From Octopus sinensis (Eukaryota): DNA of 64,000 bases. Position numbers and translations under genes: made by a program. Below, piece by piece: positions 52,365 through 64,000 of this stretch. A model generated the notes under the pieces. That model was not told the origin of the DNA. It was given only the letters and a program-made list of their open reading frames with translations, and did no database searches. The stretch lies in NCBI RefSeq assembly GCF_006345805.1, contig NC_043004.1:80228001-80292000 (forward strand). The letters are read 5' to 3'. Positions within the stretch are counted from its first letter, which is position 1. Every line of letters starts with the position of its first letter.

Positions 52365-52610
52365 CCAGTGTCATCTCTTGTGAAGGTAGGAGAGTCCAGT
52401 TTGCTGGACATTGTTGCAGAGCTGAAAAAGAAGTAATTTCTACTCTTCTCCTCTGGAAGCCATCTACTCGCAATACCAGAGGGCGCACACTCTCCTACCC
52501 TGATGTAATCTCCAGGGATACAGGCATCCAGCAACAGGACCTCCGTAATGCCATGATGGACCGTGAAGTCTGGCGTCTCGACCACGGTCGAACAATAATA
52601 ATAATATAAT
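52365..52610 (+). mobile_element. RTE-clade LINE 3' end with (AAT)n tail
   Basis: RVQFAGHCCRAEKEVISTLLLWKPSTRNTRGRTLSYPDVISRDTGIQQQDLRNAMMDREVWR. Confidence 0.88.
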
Positions 52611-52614
52611 AATG

Positions 52615-52830
52615 CGATGGCGGGGGACAAACACAGACACAAAGATACTCACATGCATATAAAATTTATACGACGAGCTTCCACGCAACTTCCATCAACC
52701 AAATTTGCTCATAAAAAATTGATCGTTCCGGGGCTATAGTAGAAGATACGTGCCCAATGTGCTGCGCTTTGGGACTGAAACCGGAACCATGTTCTTTCTA
52801 ACCAAGCTTGTTAACCATAGAACCTTGCCT
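52615..52830 (-). mobile_element. Degraded SINE family B
   Basis: Tail and head motifs. Confidence 0.7.
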
Positions 52831-52874
52831 GTGCCTGTATTTATGGACATAAATTTTATTTTCTCCGAGCCATT

Positions 52875-52992
52875 GCGTATGTATACATGTGTATGTGTGT
52901 ATGTGTGTTTGAGTGTGTGAGTGAATGTGTGTGTAGACGTGTGTGTGAGTGTATGTGTATGTGAATGTGTGTGTATGTCAGTGTGTGAGTGA

Positions 52993-53024
<32 letters not shown>

Positions 53025-53188
53025 GAGTGTGTGTATGTGTGTGTATGTGTGTGTGAATGTGTATGTGTGTGTATGTGTGAGTGAGTGTGTGTCTGTGTAT
53101 GTGTATGAGTATGTATGTGTGTGAGTGTGTGTGTATGTGTGTGTGAGTGTGTGTGTATGTATGGATATATGTGTGCTTGAGTGTGTGC

Positions 53189-53233
<45 letters not shown>

Positions 53234-53475
53234 TGTGTGTGTGTGTGTGTGGTGTGTGTGTGTGTGCGCGCACATTTGCTCTCAAGGGTTGTGGACATCT
53301 CGCTGTTCGGCTTTCGTTATGCTAGATGTCTGTTGGCTTTTCACTCTTTTAACTCTTCAAACTTCCCATTTATCTAAGAAATACTTCATCATCATCATCA
53401 TCATCGTCATCATCATCATCATCGTCGTCGTCATCATCATCGTCATCATCATCATCGTCATCATCATCATCGTCG

Positions 53476-53510
<35 letters not shown>

Positions 53511-53511
53511 G

Positions 53512-53543
<32 letters not shown>

Positions 53544-53547
53544 GTCG

Positions 53548-53582
<35 letters not shown>

Positions 53583-53595
53583 GTCGTCGTCGTCG

Positions 53596-53627
<32 letters not shown>

Positions 53628-53658
53628 GTTGTCATCATCTTCATCATCATCATCGTCG

Positions 53659-53696
<38 letters not shown>

Positions 53697-53720
53697 GTCA
53701 TCATCATCATCATCATCAAA
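52875..53720. repeat. (TG)n block and long (CAT/CGT)n tract
   Basis: Direct inspection; source of the poly-Asp/Met/Ile ORFs. Confidence 0.95.
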
Positions 53721-53934
53721 TCGATGAGCTGGCAGAAATTTTAGTACACAGGATAAATTGCTTAGCAGCATTTCGCCCGTCGCTACGTTTTGAGTTCAAA
53801 GCCCGCCGAGGTCAACTTAGCCCTTCAGTCTTTCAAGGTCGGTTGAGTACTGGGGTCGATGTATCGACTCCTCATTCCCTCAAACTTGCTGGACTTTTGT
53901 CGAAAAATTTTTTAAATTATTATTATCATTGAGT

Positions 53935-54730
53935 GAGCTGAATCAGAGATGCACATATCGTCAGCCTAAGGCACATGCTTCAACTGATTAAGGTCAAACA
54001 ACTGACAAGCAAATCTGGTGGTATTGAGCCGAATATTTGCTGTATCCCCATCTTTTTATATACCAAGACAAATAATGTCCATGATAACACTTCCATCATT
54101 AAATCATAAGCCATGAGAGCCACTGCCCTGGTACAGCCATCAGGGCCATTGATTATCATTATTATTAATATTATTATTATTATATTATTATATTATTAAT
54201 TATTATTATTATTATTAATATTATTATTATTATTGAGTGAGAGAGCAGTTCATGCCATCAAAGTGACACTGGGGTAAATATACGAAGCCCAATATACCCA
54301 TCATGACTACCCGTCTGATAAGGGCCACCAGGCACATGCATCACACAACCATATGTGCGCGACATGGTGATCTCATATCAAGATAAACAGCACATGACCT
54401 TGCAGGTGGGGCCCAGTTAGAATTTTCTTCAGGTTGAGTAGCCCATCCCGCTCAACGGTCCCCGAATAAGGGTTGTTTAAGGATTTGAAAGACCCACCCA
54501 TGTTTCCAGAGGTGAATTATTCAAACCCCCAAAATCCCTCTCAACACATGGCTATGATGCTCCCCCTACTTCTGCTTATGATCAGAGATGCACATATCGT
54601 CAGCCACTAAGGGACATGCTCAACTGGTTAAGGTCAAACAACTGACAAGCAAATCTGTGGCATTGAACAGAATATTTGCTGTAGCCCATCTTTTATACCA
54701 AGACAAAACAATGTACATGATAACACTTCC
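53935..54730 (-). mobile_element. Two copies (53935-54145 partial, 54235-54730) of a ~500-bp repeat flanked by (TAA)n, probably a non-LTR 3' end
   Basis: Shared atcagagatgcacatatcgtcagcc..caactgacaagcaaatctg..tgataacacttcc; no ORF. Confidence 0.55.
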
Positions 54731-54732
54731 AA

Positions 54733-54780
<48 letters not shown>

Positions 54781-54799
54781 TATTATTATTATAATCATC

Positions 54800-55560
54800 A
54801 TGTGATTAAAACTCACTGCTTATTATGCTTGGTATGATGGAAAGTGTCAGCTGTCCACAATCAGCAGACTAAGGTGACACTTATTTACTGGTCATGCTTC
54901 ATGAACCCTGCGAAGAATTCTTGCAGTTCCAAGCAATGCTGATTTTTGTTGGTGTTCTACCTTCACACTTGCACCAATCATTTTGGTAGTTGAGTCCTGA
55001 TACTTCCAAGCGAACCAGTTACTATTGGTATCATGTCTACTCTCTTCATATTTCCCACTTCAAATCTTCATACCTGCTTATTTTTTCTTCTTTCACGTTG
55101 ATCCTGTTGTCACTGGGGCCTGCTATGTCGATTATCACACATGTTCTTTCGTTTTTATTCACCACAACGATGTCCGGTTTCTGATGTCTGGTCAGGTGAT
55201 CACATCTGATCATTGCATCCCACAGGATTTTGCAATTCTCATTTTCGGTGACTCCTTCTGAGTTTTGTTCATATAACGTCTTTGCTCTTTGTAGGCCGCG
55301 ATTTCTACAGAGGTCCCAATGAATCATTCTTGCCTCATTGTCATGGCGTCGTCTGGATTCGCCTTGTGCCAATTTCGGGCATTCGCTAACGTTGTACCAT
55401 ACCGTTTCACCGCTCTCACCACACATTCTGCATTTGCCGCTATCGGTAGTGTTGTCTATTCTGCACTTCATAGAATTGGTCCTTAACGCTTGGTCTTGAG
55501 CTGCTCATATGAGAGTTTCTGTCACTCCTCCTCATCCATAGCCACCGGTCCTCTGCATTT
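54800..55560 (-). mobile_element. 5'-truncated R4/Dong-type LINE
   Basis: KCRMCGESGETV..VSECPKLAQ..RRRHDN..KPDIVVVNK..IIDIA.P.DNRI..LLGTARILRR; (TAA)n on both sides. Confidence 0.92.
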
Positions 55561-55564
55561 GTCG

Positions 55565-55628
<64 letters not shown>

Positions 55629-55765
55629 GTTCAAATACCGCCGCGGTCAAATTTGCCTTTCATCCTTTCGATTAATTAAATAAATACCATTTACGCACTG
55701 GGTTCGATGTAATCGACTTAATCCTTTCCTCCAAATTTGAGGCCTTGTGCTTCCAAGGGATTATT

Positions 55766-55799
<34 letters not shown>

Positions 55800-56079
55800 T
55801 TATTATAAGGATAAATATCAAAAGAGAATTGCTTGGATTTGAACATCAGTTCGTTCTCGCGTAATTTGTTTTGTTTTGTTTTTTACATAATATCATCAGT
55901 GATTGTGTATTTGTGCGTTTGTGAGTTCGTGTGAGTGCTTATGTGTTTGTGATGGTTTATGTGTGTATGTGTTTGTGTAAGAGTGAGAGGGAGAGAGAGA
56001 AAGACAGAGAGGCAGATACAGAGAATGATAAAAGTAAAGACTACGTGAATCTAAAATTTGCGTATTTCAGCATGTATTG

Positions 56080-56513
56080 TTTACCGATGTAAGTGTTTGT
56101 ATGTATGTATGTGTGTGTGTGTATGTGTTTGTCTTTGCGTGTGTGCACGTGATTGTGTGCGTGTGTGTGCGAGCGCGAGTTTGTGTGTGGGAGTGCATGT
56201 GTGTGTATTGTGTGTGTGTGTGTTTGTATTTTAAATCAAAACAGAACGGGCTTACACAAACAATATTTATATGAGAGTAAATAAAAGTTTATGTACGGAG
56301 TAATACGCAGAAGGTATGCCTGCATCCACCCACCCCAGCACACACACGCACGTGTACACGTGCGTGTGTATATATATTTTTATATGTTTCTGTGCGTGTG
56401 CATTGTATACATATATCTATACATCCATCCATACATATGTATGTATATGTGTGCATGTATGCATGCATGTAGATCTGTATACGTGTGCGGGCGTGTGTGT
56501 GTGTGCATGCTTC

Positions 56514-56545
<32 letters not shown>

Positions 56546-56616
56546 AGTGTGTGTGTGTTACATATATATATATATGTTTTATATATATATATATCCATAC
56601 ATTTATGGTTACATAC

Positions 56617-56647
<31 letters not shown>

Positions 56648-57000
56648 TGTATGTATGTATGTATGTATGCATGTATATCTGTATACATGAGTGTGTATGT
56701 TTGTGCATGTTATATATTATATATATATATATCCATACATCTATGCATACATACATATGTATGTATATGTGTGTATGTATGCATGCATGTACATCCGTAT
56801 ACGTGTACCTGCGTGTGTGTGCATGCGTGTGTGTGTATATATATATATATATGTTTTATATATGTCCATACATGCATGCATGCATACATCTATACATATG
56901 TATATATATGCGTGTATGTTTATTTGTATGCATGTATATCTGTATACACGAGTCTGTGTGCGTGTTTGTGTATTTGTGTGTGATCTGTTGTGCTCGTATT
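56080..57000. repeat. (TG)n/(TATG)n block with an internal ~230-bp duplication
   Basis: Direct inspection. Confidence 0.85.
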
Positions 57001-57329
57001 GCAAATACATACGTAATTGTTATGAATCGATAGAAAAATCTCATATCATGTTTTACAAGTCCTGTTCGTTAGTATGCCGTTATCGATTTTTACCTCAACT
57101 AATTAACAACGTTCGTCAACTCTTTTGATATTCTCACAATTTGATTGGAGAGTTCGTTTTCAAATTTCTTGTAATCAACATGACAATTTTTTTTTATAAC
57201 TCATTGGCCATACAAAGGAGACAGAGAGAGAGAGAAAGAGAAAGAGAGAAGATGAACAAGCTTCAGAGTCGTACAGCTTATGAATAGTAAATTCATTTGT
57301 CAACCCAACTATCGTACATCGGTTACATC

Positions 57330-57825
57330 ACTGTTCAAGACAGATTGTGCGCCAGTGCACGCGCACATATGTTATGTAACCAACTCATAAGGCAAGTTTT
57401 ATGTGTGCAGAGAAGCTGGTTCGTTGTTACGAGATTAGAGATGATTAGTTCTAGGTTTTTGAGGAAGGAATCGTAGTTTATCGACCCTATGCATCAATTC
57501 GCCACTGTCTCATTTAAATTGTGCGCCCGTGCGCGCGCACATATGTTATATAAGAATTAAGAAAGAAGTTTTATGTGCGCACAAAAGTTGGTTTGTTATT
57601 AAGAGATTAGGGATTGTCCCTTGCTAGGTATTTTGAGAAAGAAATTTTGGTGACGTGTACTTGGACTTCGCAGGCCTAAGCTAACGAATAAGGAATTCGT
57701 TTGTTTATTCCAATACAACGATTGCGCCACTGTTCGTGTTAAATCGTGCGCATGTGCACGCGCACATACGCTGTGGGGGCAGTTAATAGATGTTCTATGC
57801 GCGCACAAAAGTTGGTTTCTTGGGA
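57330..57825. repeat. Three degenerate ~180-220-bp tandem units
   Basis: Repeated cactgt..tgtgcgc..gcgcacata..ttatgtgcgcacaaaagttggttt. Confidence 0.65.
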
Positions 57826-58061
57826 ATTTTGTGGAACAAAAAGCTTCTTTTATTTTTCATCTTTTATCTTTAATTTGTTACAGACATTGGACTGCGGCCA
57901 TGTTGGATCACCACTTCGAAAGGTTCTAGTCGAACAAATCGACTCAAGGACTTATCTCTTAAGTCTTGCACCTATTCCGTTGACTCTTTTTTGTCAAGAT
58001 GCTAAGTCACACAGACATAAACAAACCAACACCTATTGTCACGCGATGGTCGAGGACAAAT

Positions 58062-58118
<57 letters not shown>

Positions 58119-58139
58119 ATATATATATGCGTATATATA

Positions 58140-58652
<513 letters not shown>

Positions 58653-58695
58653 ATATGTATATATATATATGTGGGTGTGTGGGTGTGTGTGTGTA

Positions 58696-59586
58696 TATGG
58701 TGTTTCAAAAAATTTGATATCATTTGAGATGTAAATATCACAGGAACTATAGAGTCAAAGCAAATGAAACTAAACAGGCTTAATGTTGAGCAACATAAGA
58801 TTTATTCCTCCAAATTTGAATGAGAAATTCAAAGCTATGTGGATTCCATGAACGATTTCACATTACAGTTCACACTTCCCTCAAAGAAAAACGGACCATG
58901 AAGATGCTTCTTGGAAATGGTGCAAAACACATTCACTTTTGGTAAGTCTCTCTCATGCTTAACTGTGACATGGGTATTTTCTTCGCCCCAAATGCGTACA
59001 CTATGCCTATTGACTTTGCCATTCGTATGAAAAGTGGCCTCATCACTGAAAACAAATTGTTCCTTGAACTCTGCTCCTTCAAGTTTCTCTTGCATATCAA
59101 CACAGAATTTTTTGCGATTTTGCTTGTCATCTGCCATCATGGTATGAAGGGTTTCATTAGCAAGCGTTTCCTCAAGTCGCGCCAAACTGTCGTTGGAGGA
59201 ATCTGAGTTTCCAAACTTGTTCTTCTTATCCGATGTTAGTGGTCGCCCAGATCCTTTTGTCCTGCACAGACAGCCTTCCTCTTTGAATTTTTCTTTCTTT
59301 GCCATGTCCAAATCTAAATTGCCGTTAGTGACTTTTTAGAGAACTCTCTCACAAATGCATGCTGCGCAGTTTTCTTCGACTGTGTTCGGGCATACTCCAA
59401 CACACAAAATACCGTTTCTCTTCCAGTGAATGCCATTTCTATACCTAAAAAGATAAACATATCAAACATTAAGCATAAAGTTTTGACCTGTTTCTACACA
59501 TTCTCTTAAAATTTTGAAATCATTTGAACAAGAACAGGCAAAGTTATTAGATTGCGAAATGATATCAAATTTTTTGAAACACCCTA
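58696..59586 (-). mobile_element. Internally deleted Tc1/mariner element (DD41D/rosa- or DD37D-like)
   Basis: TIRs TA.GGTGTTTCAAAAAATTTGATATCATTT with TA flanks; GSGRP .. FVFSDEATFHTNGKVNRHSVRIWGEEN..KVNVFC..GPFFF; C-terminal catalytic part missing. Confidence 0.88.
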
Positions 59587-59697
59587 TATATATATATATA
59601 TACAAACATTACCACAGATACTTCCCTGTGTATTTGCCAGTAGGCTGCGGTATGGCGTGGTGCAGAATAATCTCCCAAAGCGCTGGGTGTTAAAGCG

Positions 59698-59756
<59 letters not shown>

Positions 59757-59911
59757 ATATAAGGAAAATAAGACAAGGTAGAAAATGCTAAAATAATTTT
59801 ATCACGAAGAACATTTTAATACCGGTTTCAGTCTTTGCGACTTACTCAACTTGGAGTAAAGCATGAAAAACAATTAAATTGTAGAAACATTAAATGAATT
59901 CTTTTTAATAT

Positions 59912-59994
59912 TTCCATAGTTTTCAAATACAAGGGACATTTCCCTTTTTTAGACAGAAGAAAGGAAAATGTCCCTTGTATTTGAAAACTTGGAA
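59912..59994. other. ~83-nt near-perfect hairpin
   Basis: AGTTTTCAAATACAAGGGACATTT pairs perfectly (24 bp) with its inverted copy; short loop. Confidence 0.85.
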
Positions 59995-60244
59995 TGTGTC
60001 TTTGAGCGAATTTATGCTAATTAGTCGAGTAACCTTTCTGTAGATACTGTCTCGGTCAGTGTTGCTCAAAGCGGGTTGCATGCCTTACCATTTAGCTGTG
60101 GTAATATTTAGTGGTGGCGGGACGGGTATCGATTACTTTAGAGTGAGGTGTAACAAAATACTTCAGCTCTGATCATTTCCGGATTGTCTGTTAGTTATAT
60201 GAGCATTGCAATTTGAAGTACTGCTCACATATTCAGGACGGACT

Positions 60245-60772
60245 GCATCCAGTACAGATTATCAGATTGTTACATGAAACATCCAGCAGGTTATCCGACT
60301 AATGCTTGAGACATCTAGAGCAGATTTCGATTATTTCGTAACACATCCATCACTGATTATCTGATTGATATGTGAAACATCTAGTGCAGATTATCCGACT
60401 AATACGTAAAACAACTAGCGCAGATTATCCGACTAATACGTGAAACATCCATCACTGATTATCTGATTGATAAGTGAACCATCTAGCATAGATTATCCGA
60501 CAATTATATGAAACATTTTGCACGGATTATCACATTAATACATCACAAAAATCCGACAAATATGTGATGCCTCTAGGACAAATTATCCGACAAATATGTG
60601 AAGCCCCTAGTACAGATTATCTGACTAATACGTGCATCATCCAGCACAGATTATTCGACAAATCAGCGAAACATCTAATGCAGATTATCCAACAAATATG
60701 TGAAGCCTCTAAGAAAAATTATCCGATTAATACGTGAAATATCCTGCACAGATTATTCGACTAATACGTGAA
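60245..60772. repeat. 34-bp minisatellite, about 15 diverged copies
   Basis: Unit CAGATTATCCGACTAATACGTGAAACATCTAGTG; starts at 60387, 60421, 60455. Confidence 0.9.
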
Positions 60773-60939
60773 AAGCTTCTCTCATTATTCCATAATTACT
60801 AAACCAACGATGTTTTTCATCGTCCTCCGTCTCTTTTCTACCATTACTACAACACACCAACATTCGCAGTTATCCGGAACAACCAAACTATGCCTCACTA
60901 GTTTAAATCCCCACTTACACCCACATTCTTACTCCAGGT

Positions 60940-61245
60940 GGAGGCACATGGCCTAGTGGTTAGAGCAGCGGACTCGCGGTCGAGGGATCGCGGGTTCGAA
61001 TCTCAGACCGGGCGATGTGTGTGTTTATGAGCGAAAACACCTAAGCTCCACGCGACACCGGCAGAAAATAATGGTCAACTTCTGCTGACTCTTTCGCCAC
61101 AACTTTCTCTCACTCTTTCCTCCTGCATCTTGCAGCTCACCTGCGACGGACCGGCGTTCCGTCCAGGTGGAGAACCTATACGCCAAGAAACCGGGAAACC
61201 GGCCCTTATGAACCAGGCATGGCTCGGGAAGGAACAAACAAACAA
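60940..61245 (+). mobile_element. SINE family C with tail type 3 (V-domain-like)
   Basis: Same head; tail cctgcgacggaccggcgttccgtccagg resembles the V-SINE motif ctgcgatggactggc..ccgtccagg; ends (CAAA/CAA)n. Confidence 0.8.
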
Positions 61246-61291
61246 CAATTCTTACTCCAAGTCTTACGCCGTAAATTCTATGTTTTACTCA

Positions 61292-61362
61292 GTCATTCTT
61301 TACTCAATCATTCTTTACTCAGTCATTCTTTATTCAGTCATTCTTTATTCAGTCATTCTTCT
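61292..61362. repeat. 15-bp tandem repeat (TACTCAGTCATTCTT) x5
   Basis: Direct inspection. Confidence 0.9.
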
Positions 61363-63361
61363 TACCCAGAATGTTAATGTACTGAAAGAACAAGATATAG
61401 CAACAACAAAACAAAAACCTCTCGCATCTTAGAGATTGATAAATGCTTCGACCACAAACGCACAATTGTGGTAACTTAACCAAAAACAATAAGACATTAG
61501 CTGCATGAAAACATCATTACTGTCTGCCTAACTTTATTAGCATTATAACAATGAGCATATGTAATATGAGAGGTTTATCTGCCGTATCCTGGTCATGCTT
61601 TCTCTAAAGATATCGATCTACGCAAGATAAAGCTAAAAGATCACCTACATTAACCTCACAAGTCTATATACATCTTCGAAAATCGTGGTCACTTACAGGC
61701 TATAAATAATAATAATGTATGCATGTGTGTGTGTGAGTGTGTGAGAGTGTATGTACGTCTCTACGCACAAAAGATTTATATATGCACAACTATTCACAAA
61801 GAAATTGGCCTGTAGTTCGCTAATTGCTTTTAGAATTATTCAGTTTTTAATGGACGCTAATCCTGGTGAAATTTTGATCTGAGATTTATGTCTATGCGTC
61901 CGTATCTTCTGTATTTATAGATAAGAGAAATCCTACTCATTCATTTTCTTAAAGCCTTACATGCTATCCATGTAATCCAGAACGATCGTTAATGATATCA
62001 TATCATAATAAAATTTTATTTGTGGCTCGGCAGTTGCTAGTAATATCTATTTCGAAATCGTCCTTTAGTTGATTTCATCATATTCACAAATGTCTCCGTT
62101 GCTTTCGTAATTGTCTGTGCATATATATCTAACACTAGTTCACTAACTTTAATAAGTACTTAGCTAGCCGTAGTATCCATGTCTACTAATAACAAAGATG
62201 GTTTTCCTGCCGGACATTAAATGATCGGTGTCAAATATCATCTGATAATAACAAAGAAATGTGTCTTTGCTGTTTGGTTGTAGACTTTGTTTAATTGAGA
62301 ATAGCAACGGAATCGATGATTGCTACCAAACTTCCAGACAGGCGTCTAATTTGTTGAGTTTCGCTTAGAAATTGCTCAGTATGGATTGGTCTGTCATTAA
62401 ATTTACTCGTGGGAATAGAACAGCTTTTAGAAATTGATTCAAGTCAAATATCGAGACATTTAAAACAAACAAACAAAAATTCTTAAAACAAGAAATGATT
62501 CTCAATTTTAAAAGGAAAAATCTAAAATCTAAAAATAACAGATTTACTTCACTTACACAGAAGTTTGCTGGTTGGTTGCTTTGTTTGTTGGTCGGTTGGT
62601 CGGCTGGTTGGTCGGTTGGTCGGTCGGTCGGTGGTGCGTTGGTTGCCTGTCTGCATGGCCCGTTGGCCGGCTGGCTGGCTGGCTGGTTGGTGTCGTCTAC
62701 AGGTGGATGGTAGTTTGAGTTTTAAACAAGAAATCATTTAAACATTTACAGTCACGCCTTATCGATTTTGCAGACACGAAAAAAGATAGAAAGAGTCTGA
62801 TAGAAGAGAGAAACGTGTTTAGACAGATGAAAATAATATGTGTATATAATAAAATAAAATGAAACATGAGAGAGATGCCGAGAAAGAAAGAAGCAACCGG
62901 ATGACTTGGAAGAAAAATAAATATTTAGATACAAAACTATAAAACTGATCAAGAGTTAGACATAAAGGAAGAGGAGGGCCAAAACAGAAGATGGGGAAGT
63001 GATGTAAAAGGAGAGAAAACAGTGTCTTTCAGAGAAATTGTTTGATTAGAGAATGTTTTAGTGTAAACAATTAAAAGGTTGTTATACATCGAATGTCGGT
63101 AAATTTCTTTGACATCGTTTTAAATTAAAGTTATTAATCCTTTAGATGTGTGCTAGAAGTGATCTGCTGGAATTGTTTGAAGTCCAAAGAAAAAGACAAC
63201 AGTTATTGATGTGTCTTGGGGAAAAAATCATTTTATCTTCGCGAGACATATGCGAACAAAGACTGCAACACGTATTTCACAGACTGTCATATGAGTTGAT
63301 ACATGAGAGCAACGAGCTGGAAGAATCGCTAGCCAGTCGGACACAATGCTTAGCAGTATTA

Positions 63362-64000
63362 AGGCGGCGAGCTGGCAGAAATGTTAGCACGCCGGGCGAA
63401 ATGCGTAGCCGTATTTCGTCTGCCGTTACGTTCTGAGTTCAAATTCCGCCGAGGTCGACTTTGCCTTTCATCCTTTCGGGGTCGATAAATTAAGTACCAG
63501 TTACGCACTAGGGTCGATGTAATCGACTTAATCCGTTTGTCTTTCCTTGTTTGTCCCCTCTGTGTTTAGCCCCTTGTGGGTAGTAAAGAAATTAATGCTT
63601 AGCAGTATTTTGCCCGTCTCTGAGTTCTTAGTTCAAGTTTTGCCGAAGTCGACTTTGTCTTTCACCTTTTCGGGTTCGATAAAATAAGTACCAGTTACAC
63701 ATTGGAGTCGATATAATCGACTAAATACCTTCCCCAAAATTTCAGGCCTTGTGGCTATAGTAGAAAGGATTTTAGCCGATGCATATTATGATACTAAAAT
63801 CACTTTCAGGGGCTTCATCAGAGAAAGAAGGGTTGCGTCTCTTACTTTAAAAGGGCAGCGAACTGGCAAAGTCGTTAGAGCATTAGACCATGCTTTGCAG
63901 TATTTGTTCCAACTCTCTGCACTTTGAGATCAAATCCCACCAAAGTCAATTATGCTTTCCAACCTTTCGGGGTTGATAAAACAGTACCTACTGAGGCGGC
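63362..64000 (+). mobile_element. Cluster of SINE family A copies (63362-63590, 63595-63765, 63850-63990, next head at the window end)
   Basis: Family motifs repeated head to tail. Confidence 0.85.

Noticed and set aside
60245-60772. CRISPR-like array (34-bp repeat)
   Set aside because: Units are contiguous and degenerate, with no unique spacers, leader or cas genes; eukaryotic context
60940-61015. tRNA-Arg gene (also 3956, 58220, 45290-45358)
   Set aside because: Acceptor stem does not pair and each head runs into a SINE body
63146-63436. ORF 63146-63436
   Set aside because: 3' half is SINE sequence; the unique 5' half has no recognisable family or convincing donor

Overview
Eukaryotic, gene-poor, repeat-saturated DNA. 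The SINE families and the extreme (TA)n/(CA)n/(TATG)n/(TAA)n microsatellite load look like an Octopus (coleoid cephalopod) genome; this is inference from repeat recognition only. I see no intact protein-coding gene, no rRNA, no functional tRNA and no CRISPR array. Nearly all supplied ORFs are microsatellite or SINE translations. What the sequence supports: (1) at least four tRNA-derived SINE families, with head-to-tail multimers, inverted pairs and swapped tails; (2) decayed non-LTR retrotransposons: R4/Dong-type always embedded in (TAA)n, RTE, CR1/L2-like, and Penelope-like remnants with hammerhead-ribozyme motifs; (3) DNA transposons: a full-length, frameshift-free Tc1 element with DD36E spacing, a DD37D/maT-like copy, other Tc1/mariner derivatives, hAT MITEs, a Merlin-like MITE carrying TTAGGG repeats, a tiny TGT..ACA element and two non-autonomous Helitrons; (4) minisatellites, hairpins, a 100-N gap and a few weak candidate minus-strand exons. 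I cannot demonstrate a wholly new system. The best leads are the DD36E Tc1 copy (possible horizontal transfer), the Penelope-linked hammerhead family, and the fixed-junction SINE multimers. All coordinates and alignments were done by eye.
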